Origin: an uncultured Candidatus Saccharibacteria bacterium
GTDB lineage: Bacteria; Patescibacteriota; Minisyncoccia; Phycocordibacterales; Phycocordibacteraceae
DNA length: 64,000 bases
Assembly: GCA_964550425.1 (NCBI GenBank)
Contig: CAZJZB010000001.1
Location: 3,509 to 67,508, forward strand
Direction: 5' to 3'
Part shown: positions 27,812 to 37,455 of the stretch, piece by piece
How positions within the stretch are numbered: position 1 is the stretch's first letter
Layout: each line of letters starts with the position of its first letter
Translations under genes and position numbers: made by a program
Notes under the pieces: generated by a model
The model's database searches: none
Told to the model about the DNA's origin: nothing
The model's input: only the letters and a program-made list of their open reading frames with translations

Positions 27812-28199
27812 CACAACCAAAGTTCTTAAAGATAAAAACAACAAAGCCACCCGTTGGTGGCAAGAGACGAAAAGGAGCAATGGGCGTAAGTTGGTGTCTC
27901 TAGCCCGAGAAATTGGGGTGGCTTGTTTATATACTTCTGGCGCTTTTCTACTTCAAGATACCGTGCCGGATGGCTTGTATCGCGGATCGCCGCGGCGCAG
28001 GCAGGCACTCGTGTGATAGCGCTCTGATTTCGACAGATATAAAGATCAAGAAGGTACATCCGGTCCCTCATTGATAGTATTCTAGTAAAGGACAAAGTAA
28101 AGGACGCCCTGTGGATAAAGGACATAAGTCCTTAATGACAAACATCCAACAATAAACTTACAACGAATGCATTTAAATTCCGTTGTTTGTTGGAAGCTG

Positions 28200-28262
28200 T
28201 TAGTTGGTGGTTATGCTAATCGGGCAGTGGTCGGAGCCGTAGACGTCAGGGTAGATAACAGC
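28200..28262 (-). pseudogene. Duplicated, diverged 3' end of xth
   Basis: Encodes AVIYPDVYGSDHCPISITTN*; 22 bp identical to 28819-28840. Confidence 0.85.
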
Positions 28263-28313
28263 TTGACTTTGAAGAGGGGAGGTAATAAAGTAAGAAAGTA
28301 AGGAATTTAATAT

Positions 28314-28589
28314 ATGCAAACAATAGAAAAAATACAAAAGATAACAAGCAAGGGGCAGATTACTCTGCCAGTGGCATGGCGACGTCACACTGGAGCACAT
28401 ACCATTTCTGTAACAACAAGAGGGAATCGAATAGAGATAGCTCCTGCGAGGCTCCAAAAAGTTTCCGAGCACACGGTTTTTAATGCCGTCCGAGATAATA
28501 ATGGGAAGGGAATAAAAATTGATAAACTCATAAGAATCTTGGAGAAATTAGTAAAAGAAGATGAACGACATAGAAAAATTACTGCGTAA
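28314..28589 (+). CDS. AbrB/MazE/SpoVT family antitoxin
   Basis: KITSKGQITLP motif. Confidence 0.85.
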   Translation: MQTIEKIQKITSKGQITLPVAWRRHTGAHTISVTTRGNRIEIAPARLQKVSEHTVFNAVRDNNGKGIKIDKLIRILEKLVKEDERHRKITA

Positions 28590-28800
28590 GGTTCATCCTC
28601 GCGATAAAGTCGTTCTGCTAGAGACCTTGCGTGCGCTCAGGCATGGGGAGTTGGACAGGTTCCGCGTGGAGAAAGTAACCGGTAGTGATTTTTATAAAGT
28701 ACGAAAAGGAAATTTCAGATTCGTTTTTCATCATGAAAACAGCGCGATTGTCGTTGACACGGTAAAGCTCCGCAATGAGAAAACATATCGCGGTTTTTAG
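28561..28800 (+). CDS. RelE-like toxin
   Basis: EKVTGSDFYKVRKGNFRFVF...RNEKTYR; overlaps the antitoxin. Confidence 0.75.
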   Translation: MNDIEKLLRKVHPRDKVVLLETLRALRHGELDRFRVEKVTGSDFYKVRKGNFRFVFHHENSAIVVDTVKLRNEKTYRGF

Positions 28801-29564
28801 CCGATGGTTATAGAAACAGGGCAGTGGTCGGAGCCGTAGATATCACTGCATATCTCGGCTTTCTTAATATGTTTTATGAATTCGTTCGCAACGAAGAAAT
28901 AATCGATCCGCCAGCCGACATTTCTATCGCGGGCGCGCGTCTTCATATCCCAATATGTATAGGCATTCGCGGTATGAGGGTGAAAATGCCGAAATGAGTC
29001 AACGTAACCGGCGCCGACAATTTCATCTATCCATGCACGTTCTTTCGGTAGAAATCCAGTATTTTCTTCATTCTCTTTAGGCCTTGCGAGGTCTATTTCC
29101 TCATGCGCAGTGTTCACGTCGCCGCAGAATATGACCGGTTTTTGCTTGTGTAATTTCTCTGTGAATGCGAGAAAGGCGTCGTAGAAACGCATTTTATAAT
29201 CAAGACGTTCCGGACCTTGTCCGCCATTTGGGAAGTAGACATTCAAGAGCCAGAAGTCCTCATATTCGGCTCCGATAAGGCGTCCTTCCTGATCGAATTC
29301 CTTTATTCCCATACCGTAGATGACCGACAACGGCTCGATCTTTGAATAGAGGGCGACGCCGCTGTAGCCCTTTCTCACCTGCGAGGATGAAAAGAAAGAG
29401 GAGAAGCCGGCAGGGGAGAGCATTTCCTGCGAAACTTGCTCCGGATTCGCTTTGGTCTCTTGGAGGCAGAAGATATCGGGCTTGGTGCCCTTCAAAAACG
29501 ATTCCCAATAGCCATTTTTTGCGAGGGATCGCAACCCATTTACGTTCCACGAGACGATTTTCAT
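28797..29564 (-). CDS. xth: Exodeoxyribonuclease III
   Basis: SWNVNGLR, CLQETK, GDVNTAH, GWRIDYF, GSDHCP. Confidence 0.96.
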   Translation of the reverse strand: MKIVSWNVNGLRSLAKNGYWESFLKGTKPDIFCLQETKANPEQVSQEMLSPAGFSSFFSSSQVRKGYSGVALYSKIEPLSVIYGMGIKEFDQEGRLIGAEYEDFWLLNVYFPNGGQGPERLDYKMRFYDAFLAFTEKLHKQKPVIFCGDVNTAHEEIDLARPKENEENTGFLPKERAWIDEIVGAGYVDSFRHFHPHTANAYTYWDMKTRARDRNVGWRIDYFFVANEFIKHIKKAEICSDIYGSDHCPVSITIG

Positions 29565-29632
29565 GCATCCATTCTATATCATCAATCGCTTCGCCGTCAG
29601 ACCAAAAATAATTAATTAAGAGGGAAAGTACC

Positions 29633-29671
29633 TATCCACTAAATACTGCTATAACAGGAATATAGTGGATA
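29633..29671. repeat. Palindromic mini-element TATCCAC...ATACTGCTATARCAG...TGGATA, copy 1
   Basis: Near-identical copies at 44067-44104 and 54383-54420. Confidence 0.85.
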
Positions 29672-29725
29672 CTAGGCAGTGAAGAACATCCTTCTAGGAT
29701 TATGTAGATGATATACTCAAAGCCG

Positions 29726-30949
29726 ATGGACTTTTTGACAAACCAAAGAGGGTTTATTCAGATACCGCTTCTTATTGTAATCACTATAGGTTTTTTGATT
29801 TTAAGTGGTGAGGGATATGTAAGGTTTGAACAATACCAAGACCGTAAAGACAACGACGGCCTCTTCGTCAGTGAGGAATTCACGAAGAATCTTAACACTG
29901 AGTTTGCGACCGAGAATAATCAAAGCACCAGCACCCCAAAACTTTCGGAGGTTGAAAAGTTAAAAAATGAAGTGGCTGAGTTGAAATCAAAAAAAGAAGT
30001 AAATACAAAAACAAGCGAAGAACCCATCAAGAAAGCCTATGAAAAGCCCATTCTATCAAAGAAAGAGAAAACAGAAATAAATAAAGAAAAAATTATACAA
30101 ACGCCTCCCCCACAGAAGCCGGAACTATATTTGGGGAAAGACCAATTCATTTTTATACCAGTGAATTGGAATCGGGCCAAAGGGGACTTTGATATTTCTG
30201 TCAGCGCAGCAATGAAAGAATTTAAAAAGCAATATCTTGAGCTCCAGAAGCGCGCATTTCCCTTGCTGGATAGTGACGAGGCGTACTTCAATAGCAGATT
30301 TGAGGCAATCAACCTTACTAATTGCATAGATATCTGCCGTCTAGAAAGGTTGCCAACAAGCGGTTTTGATTTAGAAAACTTATGTTCAAACCAATGCCTT
30401 GATAAGAAACGACTCTATGACCCCTATCCAACCTTTATTGGTATAAGCAACGATGAAAAATTTTTTGGCAAAAACTTTCAAGAATACCTCACTATTTTAG
30501 TAGATCTGCGTAACTTGAGAAATGTATCGACCGTTGTACATGAAATCGGACATCTTTTTTGGTCTCTCTGTGACGAGTATAAGTATAGTTTGTGGCAGCA
30601 ACAAGATAAGTACTGGCCCGAATTTAAAGGAGTCAAAGGATGTCCTAATCCTTATCCGCTTACTTGTGCTGACCACCCGCAATGGATTAATAACGAAGAG
30701 AACTACCTTACATACGTGCACGGGCTTGGTCTCACCTGGGGAGGGTACAAACAGACCACTACTGACGAAAAAATTGAAAAAGAAACAGGTATCGCCTTCT
30801 GTCCTGGCGCAGTATGTACTCCGCAAGCAGGATACGATCAATGCAGAAGCACGATGGGACCCACTTTTACTCCGGACGATATACTATATTTTTTTGGAGG
30901 AAAACTAGAGACCAGAATTCCCATCGAGGCAATACTACCCCCTTGGTAA
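29726..30949 (+). CDS. AT-rich exported HExxH zinc metallopeptidase-like protein
   Basis: QRGFIQIPLL pilin-like N-terminus; VVHEIGHLFWSLCDEY; many Cys. An alternative start is at 29708. Confidence 0.7.
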   Translation: MDFLTNQRGFIQIPLLIVITIGFLILSGEGYVRFEQYQDRKDNDGLFVSEEFTKNLNTEFATENNQSTSTPKLSEVEKLKNEVAELKSKKEVNTKTSEEPIKKAYEKPILSKKEKTEINKEKIIQTPPPQKPELYLGKDQFIFIPVNWNRAKGDFDISVSAAMKEFKKQYLELQKRAFPLLDSDEAYFNSRFEAINLTNCIDICRLERLPTSGFDLENLCSNQCLDKKRLYDPYPTFIGISNDEKFFGKNFQEYLTILVDLRNLRNVSTVVHEIGHLFWSLCDEYKYSLWQQQDKYWPEFKGVKGCPNPYPLTCADHPQWINNEENYLTYVHGLGLTWGGYKQTTTDEKIEKETGIAFCPGAVCTPQAGYDQCRSTMGPTFTPDDILYFFGGKLETRIPIEAILPPW

Positions 30950-30986
30950 CTGGGCAGTTTACTTTTCCGGAGGGTATCTCAGACGT

Positions 30987-31015
30987 AACCTGTAGACACC
31001 CAGTGTCTACAGGTT
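30987..31015. repeat. REP-like palindrome
   Basis: aacctgtagacac-cca-gtgtctacaggtt. Confidence 0.7.
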
Positions 31016-31066
31016 TGTATACCTTAAATAAAGGGGGTTCTGATCGGTATCTTATTTTCAATCGGC

Positions 31067-31987
31067 TCAGTTGCGGCCTTTCCCGTGATATTTTTTGTGA
31101 ATTTCGCGGAGGTGGGAGTCGGTAATATGCGTATAAATTTGGGTCGTATTGATGGAAGCGTGGCCAAGGAGCTGTTGAACTGAGCGGATATCGGCGCCGT
31201 TACTGAGCAAATCAGTGGCAAATGCGTGGCGGAGCGTGTGTGGTGTGACGACATTTGTGATGCCGGCACGCGCGACGTACGACTTCAGGTGCCGTTGGAT
31301 ATCGCGCGGAATGATGCGATGCAATTTGTTCGGCCGGCCGTCGACAAAGAGCGCTTCCTCCATATCTTTTCTCGCTTTGAGATAGTCACGCACGGCCTCT
31401 TTGGCAGAAGGGGAGAGGAAAACGACACGGACTTTCTCACCTTTGCCGCGCACCGATAATTCATCGCGTGTTAAATCGATATCGGCGTTTAGTGCGCAGA
31501 GTTCGGACACGCGCAGGCCGGTCGAGAAGAGGAGTTCTAAGATTGCGCGGTCTCGCAGATACTGGATTTTCTTGTTCTCGTCGGTTTCTTTCGCCAATGC
31601 CTCCCCGGGCGCTCGCATGAGCCGCTCCAGTTCGGCGGAAGTAATGAGATCAAGTTGGCGCTCGGGAAGTTTCGCTAACTCTATCTTTTCCGGAGAAATG
31701 GCGACAATGTCGCGCTTGCGAAGGAACTTGAGAAATGCGCGCAGAGCGATCATGTAGTAATTCTGGGTCCGGCGCTTCATGGAATCGGCAGCCGTACCCG
31801 GCTGCCGATTGAGCCAAAGGCGGAATTCGCGGATATTTTGCTCGGTGATATCGCCGACGTCTTTTATCTCCATCTGTGCGAAGTAGCGGGTGAGATAATG
31901 GTCATAATTCTCGACGGTCTTCACTGCGCGCCCGCGCTCTATCTCTATATATTCCAGAAATTGCCGTTTCGCTGTTTCAACCCCCAT
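31067..31987 (-). CDS. XerC/XerD-like tyrosine recombinase
   Basis: RDRAILELLFSTGLRVSEL, GKGEK, TPHTLRHAFAT, LLGHASINTTQIYTH. Confidence 0.92.
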   Translation of the reverse strand: MGVETAKRQFLEYIEIERGRAVKTVENYDHYLTRYFAQMEIKDVGDITEQNIREFRLWLNRQPGTAADSMKRRTQNYYMIALRAFLKFLRKRDIVAISPEKIELAKLPERQLDLITSAELERLMRAPGEALAKETDENKKIQYLRDRAILELLFSTGLRVSELCALNADIDLTRDELSVRGKGEKVRVVFLSPSAKEAVRDYLKARKDMEEALFVDGRPNKLHRIIPRDIQRHLKSYVARAGITNVVTPHTLRHAFATDLLSNGADIRSVQQLLGHASINTTQIYTHITDSHLREIHKKYHGKGRN

Positions 31988-32049
31988 TGATGAGTAGTAT
32001 AGCGCGATATTTGCATATTTCTGCAAGACGTGGTAAGGTAGAAACATCT

Positions 32050-32316
32050 ATGCTTACAACTAAGAAAAAGGCGGCGGTTATAAAGAATACCGCCCAACAT
32101 TCTGCGGACACCGGCTCGCCGGACGTACAGGTCGCGCTTCTTTCGAAGCAGATAGACGAGCTTGCGAAGCATCTCAAAAAGAATCCTAAGGATTTTCATT
32201 CTCGCCGCGGTCTTCTCCAGATGGTCGCTGATCGCCGTACGCATCTGCGCTACCTCGAGACGAACAACAAGCATCGCTACAGCGCGCTTATCAAGAAACT
32301 CGGATTGAAGAAGTAG
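32050..32316 (+). CDS. rpsO: 30S ribosomal protein S15
   Basis: DTGSPDVQVALL, KDFHSRRGLL. Confidence 0.97.
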   Translation: MLTTKKKAAVIKNTAQHSADTGSPDVQVALLSKQIDELAKHLKKNPKDFHSRRGLLQMVADRRTHLRYLETNNKHRYSALIKKLGLKK

Positions 32317-32442
32317 GCACTAGGCACTGGGCTTTAGGCATTAGCGAAGAAGTGATATAATAAAAAGAGCGGCACAGTCCGCATTTACATAACCTGCGCG
32401 AAGCTTTCTTACTAAAGCCCAACGCTTAACCAACTAGTTTAT

Positions 32443-32958
32443 ATGGCAGTTATCAAACATCCAGCACAGCGTATCGGCGTATTCATCGATACGCAGAATC
32501 TCTATCACAGTGCGAAACATCTCTACAAAGCTCGCGTCAACTTCGGCAAGATCCTTGAAGAAGCCGTCGGCGGCCGCATCCTTGTGCGCGCCATCGCATA
32601 TGTTATTTCAACGGAGAGCGGCGAAGAAAAAAACTTCTTCGAAGCGCTCACCAAGATGGGCATCGAGACGAAAGTGAAAGATCTACAGATCTTCGCCGAC
32701 GGTGCGAAAAAGGCCGACTGGGATGTCGGTTTGGCGATCGATGCGGTCAAACTCGCGCCGAAACTCGATACGGTGGTTCTCGTCACGGGCGACGGCGACT
32801 TCGTGCCACTTATTCAGTATCTCGACATGAACGAGGGATGCCAGGTAGAAGTCATTTCTTTCGGCAAATCCTCATCAAGCAAACTCAAGGAGGCGGCGCA
32901 CGCGTTCACCGACATGTGCGACGATCCGCGCACATTCACGATTGCTTCGCGCAGTTAA
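32443..32958 (+). CDS. NYN domain (LabA/DUF88) protein
   Basis: FIDTQNLY, KADWDVGLAID, TGDGDFVPL. Confidence 0.9.
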   Translation: MAVIKHPAQRIGVFIDTQNLYHSAKHLYKARVNFGKILEEAVGGRILVRAIAYVISTESGEEKNFFEALTKMGIETKVKDLQIFADGAKKADWDVGLAIDAVKLAPKLDTVVLVTGDGDFVPLIQYLDMNEGCQVEVISFGKSSSSKLKEAAHAFTDMCDDPRTFTIASRS

Positions 32959-33050
32959 AACATTCCGCAGCGCGGCATTCGCTCAACCGACGCTCTATTG
33001 CAGTGATAACTCGCTTCACTTCGCGCTAAATACGCTACTATGGGTAGTGA

Positions 33051-34211
33051 ATGAATACGAACGACAAAAATCCCGATATTGTTTTTGGCTCAGAACTTTC
33101 GGAAAAATACATCCGCACGTTTGCGGGCGATATGGAGACCCTTCAAAAGGGAGGAATACCCGATCTTGTGCCGCTCGTGTCGCCATCAACGACTCAAACT
33201 CCAACTCCTACCCCAACTCAAATTTCGGAACCACCGCTTGTTTCCGTATTAGAACCTCAGTTGTCAGCTGGCGTTGTCTCGCGGCGAGACGTTCCGCCGC
33301 TCCCTGATGCAGGGCCCATAAAAACGTATGCAGATGATTTTTCGGAAAGGATGAAAGAAAAGGATGCTTCAACCGCGACCGTACTTGCTGCAGAACAGGA
33401 TGCCGTTCCCCGCGTCCCATACAAAGTCCCAGAAACAACCTCGCGTTGGAATACCCGCATCATTGCAGGCACCACACTGCTCATTGTGGGAGGGTTGGGT
33501 ATATATATCGCGTATACGCGTTACGTAACGAATCTTTCACCAATCTTCATTGCGCCAACGGTCTCGGCGCCGATATTTGTTGATGATCGCGAACAAATAT
33601 CGGGCACCGGACCTGCTCTCTTACAAGCAATTGAGCAGTCGGTCACACGATCGCTTCCCACCGGCGCCGCCCGACTCCTCTATATGGCGAGCACGACAAA
33701 TACCGACAGCGTTTTTTCCGCGCTTCGCGTGCCGGCTCCCGATATTCTGCTGCGCAATGTGAATGCCGTCGGCAGTATGGCAGGCATCGTGAATACGGGT
33801 CCCGCGAGCTCTGTCAGAATAGGGGACGCCCAAAGTCCATTCTTCATACTCTCTGTTCTTTCGTACAGCAATACCTTTTCCGGCATGCTTTCATGGGAAC
33901 GTCAGATGCCGCGCGATCTTCAAACCATTTTTCCTCCCTACCCGGCGGAATCGACGGAATCTTCCGTAGCGACCTCAACATTCGCGACCACCCCATCCAA
34001 TAGCACGGTGAAAACGACTTCAAAAAAGCCAACCGTTCCCGCCTTTATGGATGAAGTTGTCGCTAACCACGATGTGCGCATCTTTCGCGATGCTGCGGGC
34101 CGGAGCATTCTTCTCTATGGATATTGGAATCAGACGACGCTCATCATCGCTCGCGATGCGGCGGCATTTACCGAGATAGTGCAACGGCTTGCAACCTCCC
34201 GAGCGCAGTGA
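33051..34211 (+). CDS. Hypothetical single-TM protein
   Basis: Repeated IRTFAGD / IKTYADD motif, Pro-rich linker, central TM helix. Confidence 0.8.
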   Translation: MNTNDKNPDIVFGSELSEKYIRTFAGDMETLQKGGIPDLVPLVSPSTTQTPTPTPTQISEPPLVSVLEPQLSAGVVSRRDVPPLPDAGPIKTYADDFSERMKEKDASTATVLAAEQDAVPRVPYKVPETTSRWNTRIIAGTTLLIVGGLGIYIAYTRYVTNLSPIFIAPTVSAPIFVDDREQISGTGPALLQAIEQSVTRSLPTGAARLLYMASTTNTDSVFSALRVPAPDILLRNVNAVGSMAGIVNTGPASSVRIGDAQSPFFILSVLSYSNTFSGMLSWERQMPRDLQTIFPPYPAESTESSVATSTFATTPSNSTVKTTSKKPTVPAFMDEVVANHDVRIFRDAAGRSILLYGYWNQTTLIIARDAAAFTEIVQRLATSRAQ

Positions 34212-34228
34212 TCTGCTATTATCTCTCC

Positions 34229-34579
34229 ATGAAAACAGAACAATGTAGAAAGAAACTTGAAGAAGAAAAAAATAAGCTTGAATTGGAGATGCGGAATATC
34301 GGTCATAAAAATCCTACGGTTTCCAATGATTGGGAGCCCACCTCGCCCGAGACGGAGGGTATAGAACCGGATCTTATCGATCAGGCAAATATTATTGTGG
34401 ATCGCGAAAATAATGCAGCAATCTTTACCGATCTTGAAGCGCGCTACGATACTATTCTCACCGCGCTTTCCAGAATTGAAAACAAAATGTACGGGAAATG
34501 CGAAGTGTGCGGCGGCGCTATAGAAGAAGCGCGACTCCTCGCCGACCCAGCCGCAATGACCTGCACTATTCATTTATAA
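34229..34579 (+). CDS. TraR/DksA zinc-finger protein
   Basis: [37 protein letters not shown]. Confidence 0.88.
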   Translation: MKTEQCRKKLEEEKNKLELEMRNIGHKNPTVSNDWEPTSPETEGIEPDLIDQANIIVDRENNAAIFTDLEARYDTILTALSRIENKMYGKCEVCGGAIEEARLLADPAAMTCTIHL

Positions 34580-34584
34580 TACTA

Positions 34585-36165
34585 ATGTCCGTACCAAGAT
34601 CTAAATCCGCACCGCTTCCTGCGCGCACTCCTGCAGTGCGCGCATTGCCGAAGCATGGATATGCCAAAACACTTGCCGCGCAGCCGATCGGTTCGTCCGC
34701 ACAACTCGTTACTGTTGAGGCGGATCTCACGCGCGGACTGCACAACTTCTCGGTCGTCGGTCTTGCCGACAAGGCGGTTGGGGAGGCGCGCGACAGGGTC
34801 AGCGCCGCGATACGCCATTCCGGCTACAAACCGCCCAAGCAGCAGAATAAGCGCATCGTTCTTTCATTGTCGCCTGCGGATTTAAAAAAAGAGGGCTCAC
34901 ACTACGACCTCGCGCTCGCACTCGCATATCTCATCGCCGCCGGTGATCTCGCGCCGCTTGCTGAAGAGGCGTTGTGTGCCGGCGAACTTGCACTTGACGG
35001 AACATTGCGTGCTGTACGCGGCGTTCTCCCGCAAGTGCTTGCCGCAAAACGAAACGGTATTAAGACGATATATGTGCCGCCAGGGAATTCCCATGAAGCG
35101 TTGCTTGCCGAAGGTGTTGCCGTGTATGCGCCGAAATCGCTCGCGGAGCTCCTGCAACATTTTAAAAAAGAAAAGCAGTTGCCGCGTCTGGTGCGCGATC
35201 GGCGCGCGCCGCCGCCGCTACCCGCACTTGACCTATTGGATGTGAAGGGTCAGGAGAGCGCGAAGCGTGCGCTTGAGATTGCTGCTGCCGGCCGCCACAA
35301 TATCGTTTTCTACGGTCCGCCCGGCACTGGTAAGACCATGCTTGCTCGGGCGCTCGCAGGTATTCTGCCTCCCCTTACGGACGACGACATGCTTGAAGTG
35401 ACCGCGATACATTCGACCGCAGGACTTCTTCAAGAGGGCGAAGCGGTGTATTGGCCGCCATTTCGTTCCCCGCATCATTCGATTTCGCATGTGGCTATCG
35501 TGGGCGGCGGCGCGTTCCCTAAAGCGGGCGAGGTAACACTCGCGCATAAAGGCGTTCTTTTTCTCGACGAATTTCCCGAGTTCGATTCTCGGACGCTTGA
35601 AGCGCTGCGGCAGCCGCTTGAAGACCGCACTGTTACCGTCTCGCGAGCGCGCGCCAGCGTCACCTTTCCGGCTGATTGCATGATTGTCGCGGCAATGAAC
35701 CCGGCAGACACGCTCTCCGACGATTCGCGCGTGATGATGCGCGCGGCGGCAAAGCAGGCGCGCCGCATCTCGCGGCCTATCGTCGATCGTCTCGATCTCT
35801 GGATCGAAGTGCCGCTCGTCCCGCATGATACGCTTGCGAAACTTTCAAACGGCGAACCGTCAAGAAAAGTGCGCGAACGCGTCATAGCGGCGCGAGGGCG
35901 AGCGCACATGCGTACGGGCAAGCGGGGTGCGACAAACGCCGCTCTTACGGGCCGCGAGCTCGACGAGAAAAGCGACTTTACTGCCGCGGCGAAAGAGACC
36001 CTTACACTCTCCGCTGCACGCCTCCATCTCTCGCCGAGGAGCTACCATCGCACCATGCGCGTCGCACGGACCATTGCCGACCTCGCCGGCGCCGACGCTG
36101 TCACGCCCGCCTTCGTGCACGAAGCGCTTCAATACCGCCCGCGCGGCCTTTTTGGATTTGAATGA
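34585..36165 (+). CDS. comM: ComM/YifB Mg-chelatase-like AAA+ helicase
   Basis: [55 protein letters not shown]. Confidence 0.93.
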   Translation: MSVPRSKSAPLPARTPAVRALPKHGYAKTLAAQPIGSSAQLVTVEADLTRGLHNFSVVGLADKAVGEARDRVSAAIRHSGYKPPKQQNKRIVLSLSPADLKKEGSHYDLALALAYLIAAGDLAPLAEEALCAGELALDGTLRAVRGVLPQVLAAKRNGIKTIYVPPGNSHEALLAEGVAVYAPKSLAELLQHFKKEKQLPRLVRDRRAPPPLPALDLLDVKGQESAKRALEIAAAGRHNIVFYGPPGTGKTMLARALAGILPPLTDDDMLEVTAIHSTAGLLQEGEAVYWPPFRSPHHSISHVAIVGGGAFPKAGEVTLAHKGVLFLDEFPEFDSRTLEALRQPLEDRTVTVSRARASVTFPADCMIVAAMNPADTLSDDSRVMMRAAAKQARRISRPIVDRLDLWIEVPLVPHDTLAKLSNGEPSRKVRERVIAARGRAHMRTGKRGATNAALTGRELDEKSDFTAAAKETLTLSAARLHLSPRSYHRTMRVARTIADLAGADAVTPAFVHEALQYRPRGLFGFE

Positions 36166-36176
36166 GATAAAAAATG

Positions 36177-36207
36177 AAAAACGCGGCGCCTTTGGCGCCG
36201 CGTTTTT
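36177..36207. terminator. Bidirectional terminator
   Basis: aaaaacgcggcgcc-ttt-ggcgccgcgttttt. Confidence 0.85.
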
Positions 36208-36219
36208 CTCTGTAGCAAC

Positions 36220-37344
36220 TTATTGCGTGGAACAAACGGAACCGACAAAACAATTGCGAAGCGGATTTGCCGCACCGCGTACTTCAAAATGGAGATGCGG
36301 GCCTGTCGCCTGACCTGTCGCGCCGACGTAGCCGATAATTTGTCCGGACAAGACCGATTGGCCGGAGGATATGATAACGCTCCTCATGTGCGAGTAGAGC
36401 GTCTGTGTGCCGTTCTCGTGTGTGATGACGACGTAATTGCCGTAGCCGCCGTTCCAGCCACTGCCACGTGCCACGATAACTGTGCCGTTTGCCGATGCAT
36501 GAACCGGCGCGCCGCGCGCCGCGCCAATATCAACACCATTCCGTCCGTGCAGACCTTGCGTGATGATGCCGCCCGGCAAGGGGTTGCTGTAGTATCCTGT
36601 CGTCGCGGAACCGCCACCTCCGAGATATGATTCGCGAATAGATGAAGGGCTCGATGAGCGCACGCTTGGCGCAGGCGCGGCGATTTCTCCTCCGGGGATA
36701 ATGATGGTCGAGCCAACCACGAGTTTCTCCGCCGGATCAAGGCCGTTATATTGCGCAATTTCCTCCGCATCCGCTCCGTATTTCTTCGCGATTGATTTAA
36801 GCGTATCGCCTTTGATGATGGTGCGCTCGACGCCTGAGACAGGCAGAATGACGAGCGTATCACCCGGGTGGACATCTCGTACACTGCGGAGATTGTTTGC
36901 CCAAATAATGGTATTCACCGAGACACTAAACATGTCTGCAATCTCCGAGAGCGTATCACCCGGACGTACCACATAGACCGAAATACGGTCAGGTGGCGCG
37001 ATGTTCGTGCCATTGTCAATTACATCGGAAGGGCCCCTATAGGAAATGAGCGCAGAGTTTCCCGAAGTGGTGAGCGCTATGGGCGTACCTATGTTTGGAT
37101 TGCTGTTGATACTTGCTACAAGTACCGGCGTTGAAGCACTCGGGATAAATGTGTTCGCCGCCGCACCCGCATGGGTAGAGAAGGGCAAAAACGCGCGCGC
37201 GTAATTAGGTAGGATGATTGTGGCGAACGAGAGACCCACGAATCCTGTTATGAAAAATTGTTGGTTGAATTTTATAGGTAAACAAGGAAATGTGGCGTGT
37301 CTGAAAATACAAGAATGGCTTACATACTCTCGTATATAAGCCAT
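36220..37344 (-). CDS. LysM-domain M23 family peptidase (start uncertain)
   Basis: Two LysM repeats (YVVRPGDTLSEIA, KGDTLKSIA), HGRNGVD, YSHM, GPHLHFEV. Confidence 0.9.
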   Translation of the reverse strand: MAYIREYVSHSCIFRHATFPCLPIKFNQQFFITGFVGLSFATIILPNYARAFLPFSTHAGAAANTFIPSASTPVLVASINSNPNIGTPIALTTSGNSALISYRGPSDVIDNGTNIAPPDRISVYVVRPGDTLSEIADMFSVSVNTIIWANNLRSVRDVHPGDTLVILPVSGVERTIIKGDTLKSIAKKYGADAEEIAQYNGLDPAEKLVVGSTIIIPGGEIAAPAPSVRSSSPSSIRESYLGGGGSATTGYYSNPLPGGIITQGLHGRNGVDIGAARGAPVHASANGTVIVARGSGWNGGYGNYVVITHENGTQTLYSHMRSVIISSGQSVLSGQIIGYVGATGQATGPHLHFEVRGAANPLRNCFVGSVCSTQ

Positions 37345-37455
37345 CCCTTGAATGCTTCCGTATCAGTCGATACAGAGAGTATAGCCGAGGCGGGCCGATA
37401 GTCAACCGCTTTCATCATCACCTGTGGAGAGCGGTTTGTGCGCTATATTCTGGTA

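Noticed and set aside
28010-28070. tmRNA 5' end (ttcgac motif)
   Set aside because: No GGGG-type acceptor start and no matching 3' T-arm/CCA.
29633-31987. Integron (tyrosine recombinase plus adjacent AT-rich gene)
   Set aside because: No IntI-specific insertion or attC structure seen; the protein looks like a housekeeping Xer recombinase next to rpsO.
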